Part shown: piece by piece, positions 19,300-29,548 of the stretch | Layout: each line of letters starts with the position of its first letter | How positions within the stretch are numbered: the first letter of the stretch is position 1 | IMG/VR virus record: IMGVR_UViG_3300028886_000036 | Location: 128,001 to 192,000 of that record | DNA length: 64,000 nucleotides | Strand: one strand, 5' to 3' | Source: a virus | Lineage: Duplodnaviria > Caudoviricetes | Position numbers and translations under genes: made by a program | Notes under the pieces: model-generated | Database searches by the model: none | Seen by the model: the letters and a program-made list of their open reading frames with translations, nothing else | What the model was told of the DNA's origin: nothing

Positions 19300-20374
19300 T
19301 CATAGCAGCTTCTGCAGCAGCAGCACGTTCTTTGTGATTCTGCTTATATACCTTCCTAATATTATTAAGCCTCTCAATATACTGATAGAAATTAGCATCA
19401 TCACTATTAATCTTCACCTTAGTAAGAACTTCTTTAGTATGCTCAGGGAAGATATTCATATAATTCTCAACCCACTGGAACATACTATCCAATTCTTCAT
19501 TAGACAAAGATTCAGCGTTGCTCATAGCATTAAGAATATCTGCTTTTCTCTTAAGTACATTACTAATATCCATATCTTTCTTAAACAGATCAATCAGATT
19601 ACTAAGACCTTCATCACTTTCAAGGCTAACAATAATTTCATCAGTGTGTTTTGCAACATACTCCTTTCCAATAATACCAGAGCACGCAAGCAAAACTACA
19701 TCTTTATCAAAATATCCATGATGAGTTTTGTTATACTCTTTAGCTACCAAGATCATATCGATCATTTTAGTAAATGATCTTGCACACGCAGGCTGAGGGA
19801 ATTCAAGCTGCTTATTGGTCTTAACCAGCTCTTCTTCCATACTGTTAATAAGATGCGGAACATTTCTTCCAGTATTTTTCAGCCAACCCTTCCACGCATT
19901 AAGATCATTACCAAGCTGGATCTTGCACATACGAGAACTTACTGCCAAGTCCTCATAGCTAGATACCAAGTCATAATCTGACGTATCGGGATTACTGGCG
20001 GTCATGCACCAACAATCTTCAGGAAGTTTGTGCTCGTGCAATACGCCATTCAAAAGCATAGGCATCAATGCATTAATTACAGACTTATCAGTTCTATTAA
20101 TTTCATCAACAAACAACAATGTATTAGGTTCAGTAGGAAACCATGCTGGCCTGGACCAGTGCATTTCATCCTCAACACGATACGGAATGCCAATAAGGTC
20201 CTCTACTGACTGAAGAGCTGCATTAATAGTTACTAACTTCTTTCCATGTTCCTTGGCAATCTCTTCAGCCATAGCGCTTTTACCACAACCTGTAGTGCCA
20301 ACTACTTCAGCAGTGGTTCCAGCCATAAGACACAGCACAACAGCTTTTTTCACATTCTCACGAGTTTCAATCAT
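19268..20374 (-). CDS. MoxR-like AAA+ ATPase
   Basis: GTTGCGKS, EDLIGIP, LFVDEINR, ASNP, R-finger SSRM. Confidence 0.85.
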   Translation of the reverse strand: MIETRENVKKAVVLCLMAGTTAEVVGTTGCGKSAMAEEIAKEHGKKLVTINAALQSVEDLIGIPYRVEDEMHWSRPAWFPTEPNTLLFVDEINRTDKSVINALMPMLLNGVLHEHKLPEDCWCMTASNPDTSDYDLVSSYEDLAVSSRMCKIQLGNDLNAWKGWLKNTGRNVPHLINSMEEELVKTNKQLEFPQPACARSFTKMIDMILVAKEYNKTHHGYFDKDVVLLACSGIIGKEYVAKHTDEIIVSLESDEGLSNLIDLFKKDMDISNVLKRKADILNAMSNAESLSNEELDSMFQWVENYMNIFPEHTKEVLTKVKINSDDANFYQYIERLNNIRKVYKQNHKERAAAAEAAMNASNDEEEDN

Positions 20375-20481
20375 TTGTTAGTTTCCTCCATCAGGAATAC
20401 GTTATTAAATAAATATTAAATTAAGCAACTTAATTAAATACTTAACCTCCCTTTCTGAACTTAATAACTCCGGAACACTTA

Positions 20482-20498
20482 TAGTATATATATACAAA
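20482..20498 (-). promoter_or_regulatory. Putative phage-RNAP promoter motif
   Basis: TTTGTATATATATACTA. Confidence 0.65.
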
Positions 20499-20510
20499 TT
20501 TTTAGATAAA

Positions 20511-20550
20511 ATAAAGGCCTAGATAACTTTTATGCTATCTAGGCCTTTAT
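20511..20550 (-). terminator. Intrinsic terminator
   Basis: ataaaggcctagata...tatctaggcctttat. Confidence 0.8.
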
Positions 20551-20554
20551 TCAG

Positions 20555-21394
20555 TTAATTAAACATCTTGTCGATTTGATCGATATCAGCTTCGTCAAAA
20601 CCAGTATCTGGGATAGGATAATCATCTTCTGGCATAGGAGCAGAAGGTTTCTTATACTGCCTATATGATCTTGGCTGAGGCATGTCATCGGGTGGAATAA
20701 ATTTAGTTTCACGATATCCCTTATCCTCATAAGAAACATTAGAAGGAGTATAGCTATTACTGCTACCTCCGCTATTATACTTGAAGGTTTGAACATCATC
20801 AAGTACAAGCTGCTCCATAGCAATTTCACAGCATTTACAGAACATTCTAGTAGTGTTTTCATTCATAAACATAGTGAGCTTCTTATCATCTTTATTAATA
20901 GTAATGCCACAACCCATTGGATCATAACTATTCTTATAGAACTGCAGTGTAGAAGTCTTATCTTTAAATTTATGGAAAAGCTTTTCACTATAAACCTTTG
21001 GACTACCATTAGACTCAGTTTCAAATACGGGTCTACCATCTTTTTCGACAGGTCTACCAGTAGTCTTATCATACATAGGAACTTTAGTACCAAGTCTACG
21101 CAAATAATAGCTATCAGTATACTTACTAAACATTGCAAGTTCATCAGCACTAAGAGACATCATAACCTTCTCATTAGCCCAATCGCATTTAGTTTTAACT
21201 CCACCAAATGAATTAGTCTCTTGAACTCCGGGACACATCTCAATAGCGCAAGACATGTCATGACTACCATCCTTATAATATGTAGTATTCAAATTAAGCT
21301 GAAAGCCAGTATTCTTAGAATAGGTCTCCATAAGAGTTCTCTTCTCACCACGGTCGCGAACCTTCTCAGCCCTCTTGATAAACGAATCACTCAT
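20555..21394 (-). CDS. Whirly-like ssDNA-binding protein with acidic C-terminal tail (putative SSB)
   Basis: IEMCPG...CDWANEKVMMSLSADEL...KLFH pattern; tail ...DEADIDQIDKMFN; GGAGGA RBS before MSDSF. Confidence 0.55.
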   Translation of the reverse strand: MSDSFIKRAEKVRDRGEKRTLMETYSKNTGFQLNLNTTYYKDGSHDMSCAIEMCPGVQETNSFGGVKTKCDWANEKVMMSLSADELAMFSKYTDSYYLRRLGTKVPMYDKTTGRPVEKDGRPVFETESNGSPKVYSEKLFHKFKDKTSTLQFYKNSYDPMGCGITINKDDKKLTMFMNENTTRMFCKCCEIAMEQLVLDDVQTFKYNSGGSSNSYTPSNVSYEDKGYRETKFIPPDDMPQPRSYRQYKKPSAPMPEDDYPIPDTGFDEADIDQIDKMFN

Positions 21395-21782
21395 CTTCGT
21401 CTTCCTCCTTATTATTTTGTTTCTGATCCAATGCATCTGCTACATCATTAACAATATTATCCATAATATTAAACACACCAGTCATTATGAATACAAATAT
21501 AGACACCCCTATCATCAAAGAACTATACTTAATACCTATATTAAAACCTAACTCTCTAAACAAATATACAGTAAAAGGATATTCACTAAACAATATCCCA
21601 AATACAAACTTATTAATAGTTGTCATTGGTGCATTCCAAAAAACATTTACAAGTACGCCAATCAAAGTTATTTTAGATAAAAATAGTCCTGCAGCTTGAA
21701 CTGATTGAAATGCTATGGCTTCATCTAATAATGATTCTAGTTCTTCTTTAGTGTATCTTTTAAAATAATTATAACCAAACAT
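21387..21782 (-). CDS. Membrane protein, paralog of 21782-22105
   Basis: Several hydrophobic segments. Confidence 0.55.
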   Translation of the reverse strand: MFGYNYFKRYTKEELESLLDEAIAFQSVQAAGLFLSKITLIGVLVNVFWNAPMTTINKFVFGILFSEYPFTVYLFRELGFNIGIKYSSLMIGVSIFVFIMTGVFNIMDNIVNDVADALDQKQNNKEEDEDE

Positions 21783-22105
21783 TACTTAACTTTTTTATAT
21801 TCCTTATACATTGCGTTAAGAAATGCTTCTGAGATAATTCCAAAAACTGCAAGCCAAATAGTAGTTGTGCTAATACTAAAGTTAAAAGGAACTCCAATGT
21901 ACTTCATCAAGTTTATACCAATAGGAAGCCAATTGCTAGACATAAACAAAATGTATATACACAAATTCTTAAATGTAGCAGCAATTCCACTAGCTACAAA
22001 AATATCTTGCCATAAATTATACATCATAAAAATCTTAATAGACAATGCAGTTATAGCGCATATAGATGCACCATAAAGATTAGCTTCTTTGTTAAAATTC
22101 GACAT
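21782..22105 (-). CDS. Membrane protein, paralog of 21387-21782
   Basis: Several hydrophobic segments. Confidence 0.55.
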   Translation of the reverse strand: MSNFNKEANLYGASICAITALSIKIFMMYNLWQDIFVASGIAATFKNLCIYILFMSSNWLPIGINLMKYIGVPFNFSISTTTIWLAVFGIISEAFLNAMYKEYKKVK

Positions 22106-25055
22106 CCAAACCAGCTCCGTTCATAGTAGTTTTAAATGTATCTTTAGTAATGGTATCAAGTGACAAGGGTTGATATGCTTCACTAATACCATCATAAAGA
22201 TATTCCCATAGTCTTACTCTTTCTTTGGGATTGTCAGATTTAATGCTCATGAACTCTTTTTGAGTATCAAATGCTTCATATGCTTGTAAAGCCCAGTTTT
22301 CCATCTCTCCGAGCCTATGCGAATTAGCTCCAGATGGAGGTTGATTATGTTTTCCATATGCGCCAAGGGATCTTCCAAATATCTTATGGTCAGGTTCATG
22401 GTGTAAGTGTAACATGTACATCCAACCAACAGAGCACTTGTACGTATTGTTATTATACACTACATCAGTTTCATAGTCAATCCCTACTAAGTTTTTAACC
22501 TGTTCAAGCTGATCAATATTACAACACCTAAATGGTTCTTGAATAATCTGTAATCCATGTTCTTTTATATCTTCTATAGTATCATCAAATTGAATTAATT
22601 CTTCAAGTTGTTTAGTGTATATCTTATCTTCAGTACAATCCACTATCTCAGCGAATTTAAGAATTGCTTCAATAAACTGCTCTTTAGTATCATTATAATG
22701 CTGTTTGATATACTGATCCATAAACCAAGTTAAATGCAGCTCATAAAGTTGTCCGACATTCATTCTAGTGATAACACCTAATGGATTAAGTACAACATCA
22801 AGATGTCTACCATCAGGCAGTGTTGGCATCTTTTCGTCTGGCATAATAATAGAAATAGTTCCTTTATTACCATGCCTATTACTGATTTTAGATCCAACAG
22901 TTAAAGGTCTTTCACTATAGATAGAATACTCAACAACGCCAGTGTCATCATTGATCTTTTTAGTTTTATCAAGATAGCAATACATTTCAGTATATTTTTG
23001 TTCATCTTCAAGATAAGAGAAAACGTTCTTCATCTTATCTTCAAGCTTTTGTCTTTCAGATACTTGCTTTTTTAACCAAGCACTCATTTGAGTATTTTCT
23101 GACACAGAGTTTTTAACATAGACTTTAGATGTAAACCTACCATCACTATATGCCAATACTTCTTCAACAGTTGGAGTTAATCCAGCTAATGATTCTGTAT
23201 CAACATTACCTAATTTAAAGATTACATCACCTTTATGAACAAAGTCTCCATTATTAGGAAATGGCATATACTCGCTAGAATCTGGTTTTATGTTAAACAA
23301 GCAGTCATTATTTAAATTAATCTTAGCAATATGATTGCATCTGTATGCCATCTTTTTAGCACAAGATTCAGATACAACAATTGCATCCTCGAAATTCCAT
23401 CCATCCAAGGACATAAACCCAACTAAAAGATTCTTACCTAACATTAATTCGTGTGTATAAGGATTAATGTTATTAGTGTGTGCCAATGTACTTCCTTTAC
23501 AGAACTTATCACCATCATTAAGACTAGTTAATAATGTTTTATCAAAATCTGTAAATGCTTTATTACTTAAGTCAATTACTTCTCCATCTAAGTCATTATA
23601 CTTAACTACCATTAAGCTGTCATCTTTATAGATAACCTGACCATCATCTTTAGCTAATTTTAATGAGGAAGTATACTCTGTATATAATGACTCATTTCCA
23701 GTCTTAACTAAAGGAATTTCAGGGTTAGCTATATTTATTGCCTGTCTTTGCTGATTACAACCCATTTCAACTCTAATACCATCGTTATGACAAAGTAATG
23801 GAATCATTTGAGAAGCAGTACTTAATATACTATTAGATTTACTTGGCTTAAGTATTCCATTTTCAAAACCGCAATCCGGTACCAGATGTTGACATATTCC
23901 AATAGCAGGGCCAGATGGAGAATCTATAGGATCAATAATTCCTCTATAAGATTCGTGCAAATTTCTTACTAATGCACTACACGATTCTTTAGCAATTCCA
24001 CCAGGACCATTGTATATAATTCTTGACATCATACACAATTCTCCTAAAGGATTAACCGAATCATCAAGGATTCTACGCTGATCCAAAGTTAAGACCCCAA
24101 TTATAGCATCGGTAAAAACATTATTACTCTTTTTCTTTTTATTGATTTTGTGTTGCTGAGCAAGTTTATAACAAATCCATTCTGAAAGTCTAGCTCGTCT
24201 TTGGCTAATATCATTAATCTCTCTAATTGGCATATTCTGATATTCTAATCTATGTTCATAAAGATACTTTATCATATCTTTCATAGAATAGGGATTATCA
24301 AAAATTCCATTTGGAACCATAATATAATCAATAAGATCTAATACATTAAGTATCTTATCAAGTTTAGAAGCTTTATTCCAAGACTTTAATACTCTTTTGA
24401 ATGCTTCACCATCTTCTAAGCTATATTTAGATTGGCTTTCTTCAAAAGACTTACATCTTTCAACATCATTAAATGGGTCAAGAAGATCTTTGAAATAATC
24501 CTTCTCAAAATTAATATAAATACATTTTTCAACTTGTAATGATAAACATCCATCCATTGGTTCAGAGCTATAATGAATATGTGGCTCATTTTGAATAAAC
24601 TCATCACCAAAACAGTATATCATTAAAAGAAGTAATGGCCACTTATTAGTACTAATCCTAAACTCAGTTATTTGTTTGTCGAATACAAGAGTACAATAAG
24701 TGTTGTGTATAAGTAGAGTGTTTTCATTCTTATTAAATATTGGTATATCCGATATCTGAAATATTGGAATATACCTATTACCATTGATAAGATACGATCC
24801 ATTCTCATATAAAGGGATCTTTACACTAACTTTTTTCTTAGATCCATCTTCAACTACACCAACTTGTTCTGCAGTAAGTATTCTACACAGAGTTTGAGCT
24901 GTTGGATCTACTACATCCACTTTCCCGTGTTTAAATAAAGAAAAGCCTGTGGAGGCTAATATATTTTTAGTAATAGTCTCCACATTATCTATCTGCTGTT
25001 GTCGTATTTCGTAGATGTTGTCTTTAGGTGTTTCAAATGGGATAATGCTATACAA
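22092..25055 (-). CDS. rpoB: RNA polymerase beta subunit, set A (probable non-virion RNAP)
   Basis: GSYLING, MGCNQQRQA, GWNFEDAIVVS, GSKISNRHGNKG, NPLGVITRMNVGQ, RLGEMENWAL. Confidence 0.95.
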   Translation of the reverse strand: MYSIIPFETPKDNIYEIRQQQIDNVETITKNILASTGFSLFKHGKVDVVDPTAQTLCRILTAEQVGVVEDGSKKKVSVKIPLYENGSYLINGNRYIPIFQISDIPIFNKNENTLLIHNTYCTLVFDKQITEFRISTNKWPLLLLMIYCFGDEFIQNEPHIHYSSEPMDGCLSLQVEKCIYINFEKDYFKDLLDPFNDVERCKSFEESQSKYSLEDGEAFKRVLKSWNKASKLDKILNVLDLIDYIMVPNGIFDNPYSMKDMIKYLYEHRLEYQNMPIREINDISQRRARLSEWICYKLAQQHKINKKKKSNNVFTDAIIGVLTLDQRRILDDSVNPLGELCMMSRIIYNGPGGIAKESCSALVRNLHESYRGIIDPIDSPSGPAIGICQHLVPDCGFENGILKPSKSNSILSTASQMIPLLCHNDGIRVEMGCNQQRQAINIANPEIPLVKTGNESLYTEYTSSLKLAKDDGQVIYKDDSLMVVKYNDLDGEVIDLSNKAFTDFDKTLLTSLNDGDKFCKGSTLAHTNNINPYTHELMLGKNLLVGFMSLDGWNFEDAIVVSESCAKKMAYRCNHIAKINLNNDCLFNIKPDSSEYMPFPNNGDFVHKGDVIFKLGNVDTESLAGLTPTVEEVLAYSDGRFTSKVYVKNSVSENTQMSAWLKKQVSERQKLEDKMKNVFSYLEDEQKYTEMYCYLDKTKKINDDTGVVEYSIYSERPLTVGSKISNRHGNKGTISIIMPDEKMPTLPDGRHLDVVLNPLGVITRMNVGQLYELHLTWFMDQYIKQHYNDTKEQFIEAILKFAEIVDCTEDKIYTKQLEELIQFDDTIEDIKEHGLQIIQEPFRCCNIDQLEQVKNLVGIDYETDVVYNNNTYKCSVGWMYMLHLHHEPDHKIFGRSLGAYGKHNQPPSGANSHRLGEMENWALQAYEAFDTQKEFMSIKSDNPKERVRLWEYLYDGISEAYQPLSLDTITKDTFKTTMNGAGLDVEF

Positions 25056-25058
25056 AGC

Positions 25059-25460
25059 TTATTCCCCCTTATCTTCAGGCTCCTTTAAATCTTTTTCTTC
25101 AATAGGGAAGTCTGCAATAATGCTTTCATTAAAGGTATCAATTTCCTTAATGTTTAAAAGTGAGATCTCAGTAAAAGTATCTTTATACTGTGAGTTATGA
25201 AGTATCATATTAATCTTTGCAGTAAGCCACATTGTAAAGCTCTTACCCAGTACTTTATCATAAATATCTCCGAGCTTATTTTTGAATTCTTCTTTCTCAA
25301 TATACTCGGTAATATTAAAATTAAGCATAGTACTTCCACAACCCTTTGGCTTAATCTTTGGGTTGAAGTTAACAATTACACCAAGTCTACGTTTAGTAGC
25401 ATCACTTAATGTAATAACAACATCACATACTAACAATGTATCCATTTTGTGTACTGGCAT
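25059..25460 (-). CDS. Hypothetical protein between beta' and beta genes
   Basis: RBS, tightly coupled in the RNAP operon. Confidence 0.6.
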   Translation of the reverse strand: MPVHKMDTLLVCDVVITLSDATKRRLGVIVNFNPKIKPKGCGSTMLNFNITEYIEKEEFKNKLGDIYDKVLGKSFTMWLTAKINMILHNSQYKDTFTEISLLNIKEIDTFNESIIADFPIEEKDLKEPEDKGE

Positions 25461-25476
25461 ATTTAATCATCCTTTC

Positions 25477-28296
25477 TTAAATAAATAACGCTGATCTTAA
25501 CAATGAAAAGTCTTTTACTTCTTCTAATTGAGGTAATCCCTCATTTAAATACTTTTTAAGATGATATGAAAACCTTTCAAAAGCTAATGCTTGTTCAGGC
25601 ATCATACTAATAATCCTATTTAGACCAACAAATTCATACCCTTCATCTTGATGAAGTCTATATGAATTATAATGATTACTAGCACTTCTGCAAAGCATAG
25701 CAATTATTAGCTCAAAGTTTACTAAGTCTATTGTAGCACAAGATCCATATATGTCAATTATTTGATAGATATACTCTTGTATACTTAAATCGGACTTGTT
25801 ATTCTTGTAGGGATTGTTAAGCAGAGTTGATAATGTTGTAACTGCATTAACAACATCTTTAGATTCAATATTAACTTTAGCAATCTTCTGCCCTGAAATA
25901 AACTTATAGCAATTAGGATCATCACCATATGGTTCTATTAATGGATCAAAGTTTTCTATATTGGTAAGCTCACGTTCAACCCCATCAATATCAAATATTA
26001 CTGTATCATTATTAGTCATAAACATACCGTCAACTTTAGCTCTCCAAACGCCATTTTTCATATCAAAAAATTCCTTAAACTCTGTTGTCGGATCATCTAC
26101 AGAACCACTAGTATGTTTAGTCCTAAGTGTTAACTGGGTTGTTCTTTCACCTAACGACTGGGCAGCTATAAGACCTATTAAATGAGATTTATGAACATTA
26201 AATAAATCACCATAGCATCTTTTACAGATTTTACTGTCAGTACATGTAATAGGTGAATATAAGTCTATTACCTTACCAATATATTCTTTATAGTTATCAT
26301 CTGTGATCTTTCCTTGTTTAGTATATCTACCGTGTAGCATTTTAGCTATCTTTTCATCTCTTACATAGAACTGAAAGGTCTTATCTTCATCACAATGATC
26401 CTTATCAGATAATTGCAATGGAGATAATAGATAAACTAACTTTCTAGTAAGATATCCAGACTTAGCTGTGTTTTCAGCAGTATCTATTAATCCTTTTCTA
26501 CCACCATAACAGGTAGTAAAGAATTCTTCTTTAGTTAACCCGTCCAATAAGGAATGAACAACCGGATCAGGAAGTATCTTACCAGTAACATCGCTAATAT
26601 ACCCCTTTTCCGAAGCGATCTGTCTATATTGATCCCAATTACCTCTAGCACCACTTCTAATCATAAGAGTAGCACTATTATCTTCTACGGTATCTGGGTC
26701 AAAATGCTTAGGATCTTTTATTATAAAATCTTTAACACTAAGTGTTCCGAAGCTATTACTAAACCCTTCTCTGCACAACACATCCATCATATAAATCCAA
26801 TCATAACTATTGATTACTTTTTCAGCATAATCTATAAAGGCATGAATCTTCTTTTTTACAAGTTGTGTATTGAATACTTTAAACAACTCTAAATTATTCC
26901 AAGAAGATTCTGGTATAGCTTTTTTAAATAACTCAATACGTCTTTCAGTGGTGGGTATTCCAAAATACTCAGTTTTAGCTGAATAGTCTCCTGAAGTAAT
27001 TTTAGCCAAACCCATAACTTCGTCCTGTTTAAATGTATAAGTTATTTCTCCATTAGATGGTAATCTTTTATTAGATGTAATCCACATCTTTTCAGCAGCA
27101 TCTTTTATTGAGATACTACTAGGCACATACATGGCCATCTGATCCCCATCAAAGTCTGCGTTGTACCCATCTGTAACTAAAGGATGTATAGTTATAACAT
27201 CATCCCAAATAACGTCAAATACTTTGGAGGATTGGAATGATGGCCTGTGTAAAGTAGGTTGTCTATTAAGAAACACATATGTTCCAACTACTATTTTTTT
27301 AAGTATTGACATTATTGATTCCTTTAAATATGGCTTATCATAATCCCTCAATACTTGTAATGGACTTATGTGATTTTCTTCAGCAACTAATCTTAATACT
27401 TGTGGTTTATATACTTCTTTAGCAATTCCATAAGGTATCTTACAATAACCTAGTGGTAGATTTGTTCCATCTACTGTAATAACTGCTCTGCCACTATAAT
27501 CTATTCTTTTCCCTAACACACTAGATCTAAGAAATCCAGTCTTCTTTTCAAATTTGCCAAGTAGAGTTTTAAAGAGCTCATCTACCTTATATTGTATGGA
27601 AGTGTGTGTTGACTGGAAAATAAATGGTGCGTACTCAATATCAGCTAATTGCCTAAGTATATTAGTATACTTTTCATTTAACTCATCTGAAAAGAATTGT
27701 TTCTCATCATTAGCAGATTGCATAAGTGGTCTAGTTTCTGGTGGTATAACTGGAACATAATGAAGAAAAAGATACTTCTCATATTTACTTACAAATTCTT
27801 TAAAGTTATCGGAGTGTTCCATTAGATATGGATATACTATATCCTTAAATGCTTCTGGTCCACTCTCATATCCGTCTTCAGTTCTGGGTCCAACTATTAC
27901 TTTACCAGAATCATCAGTTTTCACACCGATTCTACCAAGTATTAGTTTACTAATTTTTAACTTACTAATAGCTTTAGATATGCTAATCTTATCTAACATA
28001 TCTAATAGTATTGGATTAACTATTACAATGTTTTTAGGTATTTCTATAGCTGCAAATGTAGTTCTTCTCTTATCACATGTATCTACAGTAACTCCGCAAT
28101 ATTCACAGGTTAATCCTATATGTTCTTTACCATGAAGTCTTCCACAGCTACATGTATAATCTTTAACTGGTCCAAAAATAACTTCACTAAATAACCCATC
28201 TTTATGGAAGGATCTAGCTCTATACATTATTTGTGGGGATTTAACTAGTGGCAATTTACTACACCACTCATTTATATCAATAAGTTCTAGTTTCAA
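25477..28296 (-). CDS. rpoC: RNA polymerase beta' subunit, set A, with Zn-binding domain
   Basis: DGLFSEVIFGP, CSCG..CEYCG, GKRIDYSGRAVI, NRQPTLHR, NADFDGDQM, AAQSLGERTTQLTLRTKH. Confidence 0.95.
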   Translation of the reverse strand: MKLELIDINEWCSKLPLVKSPQIMYRARSFHKDGLFSEVIFGPVKDYTCSCGRLHGKEHIGLTCEYCGVTVDTCDKRRTTFAAIEIPKNIVIVNPILLDMLDKISISKAISKLKISKLILGRIGVKTDDSGKVIVGPRTEDGYESGPEAFKDIVYPYLMEHSDNFKEFVSKYEKYLFLHYVPVIPPETRPLMQSANDEKQFFSDELNEKYTNILRQLADIEYAPFIFQSTHTSIQYKVDELFKTLLGKFEKKTGFLRSSVLGKRIDYSGRAVITVDGTNLPLGYCKIPYGIAKEVYKPQVLRLVAEENHISPLQVLRDYDKPYLKESIMSILKKIVVGTYVFLNRQPTLHRPSFQSSKVFDVIWDDVITIHPLVTDGYNADFDGDQMAMYVPSSISIKDAAEKMWITSNKRLPSNGEITYTFKQDEVMGLAKITSGDYSAKTEYFGIPTTERRIELFKKAIPESSWNNLELFKVFNTQLVKKKIHAFIDYAEKVINSYDWIYMMDVLCREGFSNSFGTLSVKDFIIKDPKHFDPDTVEDNSATLMIRSGARGNWDQYRQIASEKGYISDVTGKILPDPVVHSLLDGLTKEEFFTTCYGGRKGLIDTAENTAKSGYLTRKLVYLLSPLQLSDKDHCDEDKTFQFYVRDEKIAKMLHGRYTKQGKITDDNYKEYIGKVIDLYSPITCTDSKICKRCYGDLFNVHKSHLIGLIAAQSLGERTTQLTLRTKHTSGSVDDPTTEFKEFFDMKNGVWRAKVDGMFMTNNDTVIFDIDGVERELTNIENFDPLIEPYGDDPNCYKFISGQKIAKVNIESKDVVNAVTTLSTLLNNPYKNNKSDLSIQEYIYQIIDIYGSCATIDLVNFELIIAMLCRSASNHYNSYRLHQDEGYEFVGLNRIISMMPEQALAFERFSYHLKKYLNEGLPQLEEVKDFSLLRSALFI

Positions 28297-28328
28297 AATA
28301 AGTACTCCCTTCTAATAGGATACTTATT

Positions 28329-28356
28329 ATTATATACTAAAAATTAAAAAAGTCAA
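28329..28356 (-). promoter_or_regulatory. sigmaA-type promoter for RNAP set A operon
   Basis: TTGACT-16nt-TATAAT. Confidence 0.65.
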
Positions 28357-28384
28357 GTGGATGGATGTGTATCCACCCACTTGA
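28353..28384 (-). terminator. Intrinsic terminator after the HNH gene, overlapping the -35 box
   Basis: tcaagtggatgga-tgtgta-tccacccacttga + T-tract. Confidence 0.7.
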
Positions 28385-28390
28385 ATTATA

Positions 28391-29536
28391 TTATTTATTA
28401 TTTTTTCGTCTATTACAATCTTTACAAAGCATTTGAAGATTGTCTTCGCTTGTATGGCCGCCAAGACTCCACGGAATAATGTGGTCACCTTGCATATCTT
28501 CAAATTCAAATTTCTTACCACAAATCGGACATATATGATTTTGTTTCTCATAAACACGTCTTTTCTGATTTTCTGTAAAAGATCTAATAGACAAATATTT
28601 CTCATAGTTAATACTTCTATCAGAAAGAAGATATGGAATAATGCCAGAATGTTTGGTTACATCATCATCTTGCATAAGTTCAGTCACTTCTTTAGAAAGA
28701 TTGTTTACATCATAATAATTATCTTTATATTTATTATAAAGTAAACCCCAATCTTGGCAATCTGTAACACCTTTTATTTTTATCGGGAAAAGATCTTTAG
28801 CCCAAGTGATTACAGCCTTAAAGTATCTCCACAATTCACTCGCATCTAAATCATGTTGATGAAGAGCCATATACTCTTCAATTGAAGACACATTAGTCTT
28901 ATCAACTATCCAAGCAAGTACCTTTTCAAAATATTCTTGCCTAATTGAATTACCTTTAACATATCCTTCAGAAAGTTTATATGCTGCACAACCCTTTTTA
29001 GAAAAATACAGCTTTGCATCAGATACCCCAGGGCCACAATATGCAGCATTCCTTAATTCTTGACTGGTTAAAACAGCATTAGCTATATTAATAGTTTTAA
29101 ACCAATCTAGTTTTTGAGCTTCAGTACCTTCACAGATTTCGATAAGTAATTCATAATTCAAAATAGAATTTTTCTCTTCATCAGATAAATTATGAAAATA
29201 TCTTGCGTTTCCGTCTATAACAACTGCAAACGTATCCGTCACAAATTGACAAATCGAAATAGTTCTTTGCTGTCCATCAATCAGCTCATACGTATCATTG
29301 CCTTTATCATCAACATTTTTAGACCAGTACATTGCATTAAGTGGCCTGTGTTTAAAAACTGATACAATAACTTCATTTCTTTGTTTTTCGTTATATACAA
29401 ACTCTCTTTGAAAATTAGGTCTTATAGTAAGTTTACCATTATATCCAAAAACACCATCATCCCCAAGATCAACATATCCATTAACTACTTCAGATACTTT
29501 AATAGATTTTGCCGTATAAGTCATATCTGCAGCCAT
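28391..29536 (-). CDS. DUF262 (ParB-like) + HNH endonuclease (GmrSD-like restriction subunit)
   Basis: RPNFQREFVY, IDGQQR, F..IN; CPICG...GDHIIPWSLGG..NLQMLCKDCN. Confidence 0.9.
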   Translation of the reverse strand: MAADMTYTAKSIKVSEVVNGYVDLGDDGVFGYNGKLTIRPNFQREFVYNEKQRNEVIVSVFKHRPLNAMYWSKNVDDKGNDTYELIDGQQRTISICQFVTDTFAVVIDGNARYFHNLSDEEKNSILNYELLIEICEGTEAQKLDWFKTINIANAVLTSQELRNAAYCGPGVSDAKLYFSKKGCAAYKLSEGYVKGNSIRQEYFEKVLAWIVDKTNVSSIEEYMALHQHDLDASELWRYFKAVITWAKDLFPIKIKGVTDCQDWGLLYNKYKDNYYDVNNLSKEVTELMQDDDVTKHSGIIPYLLSDRSINYEKYLSIRSFTENQKRRVYEKQNHICPICGKKFEFEDMQGDHIIPWSLGGHTSEDNLQMLCKDCNRRKNNK

Positions 29537-29548
29537 TATAATTTTCCT

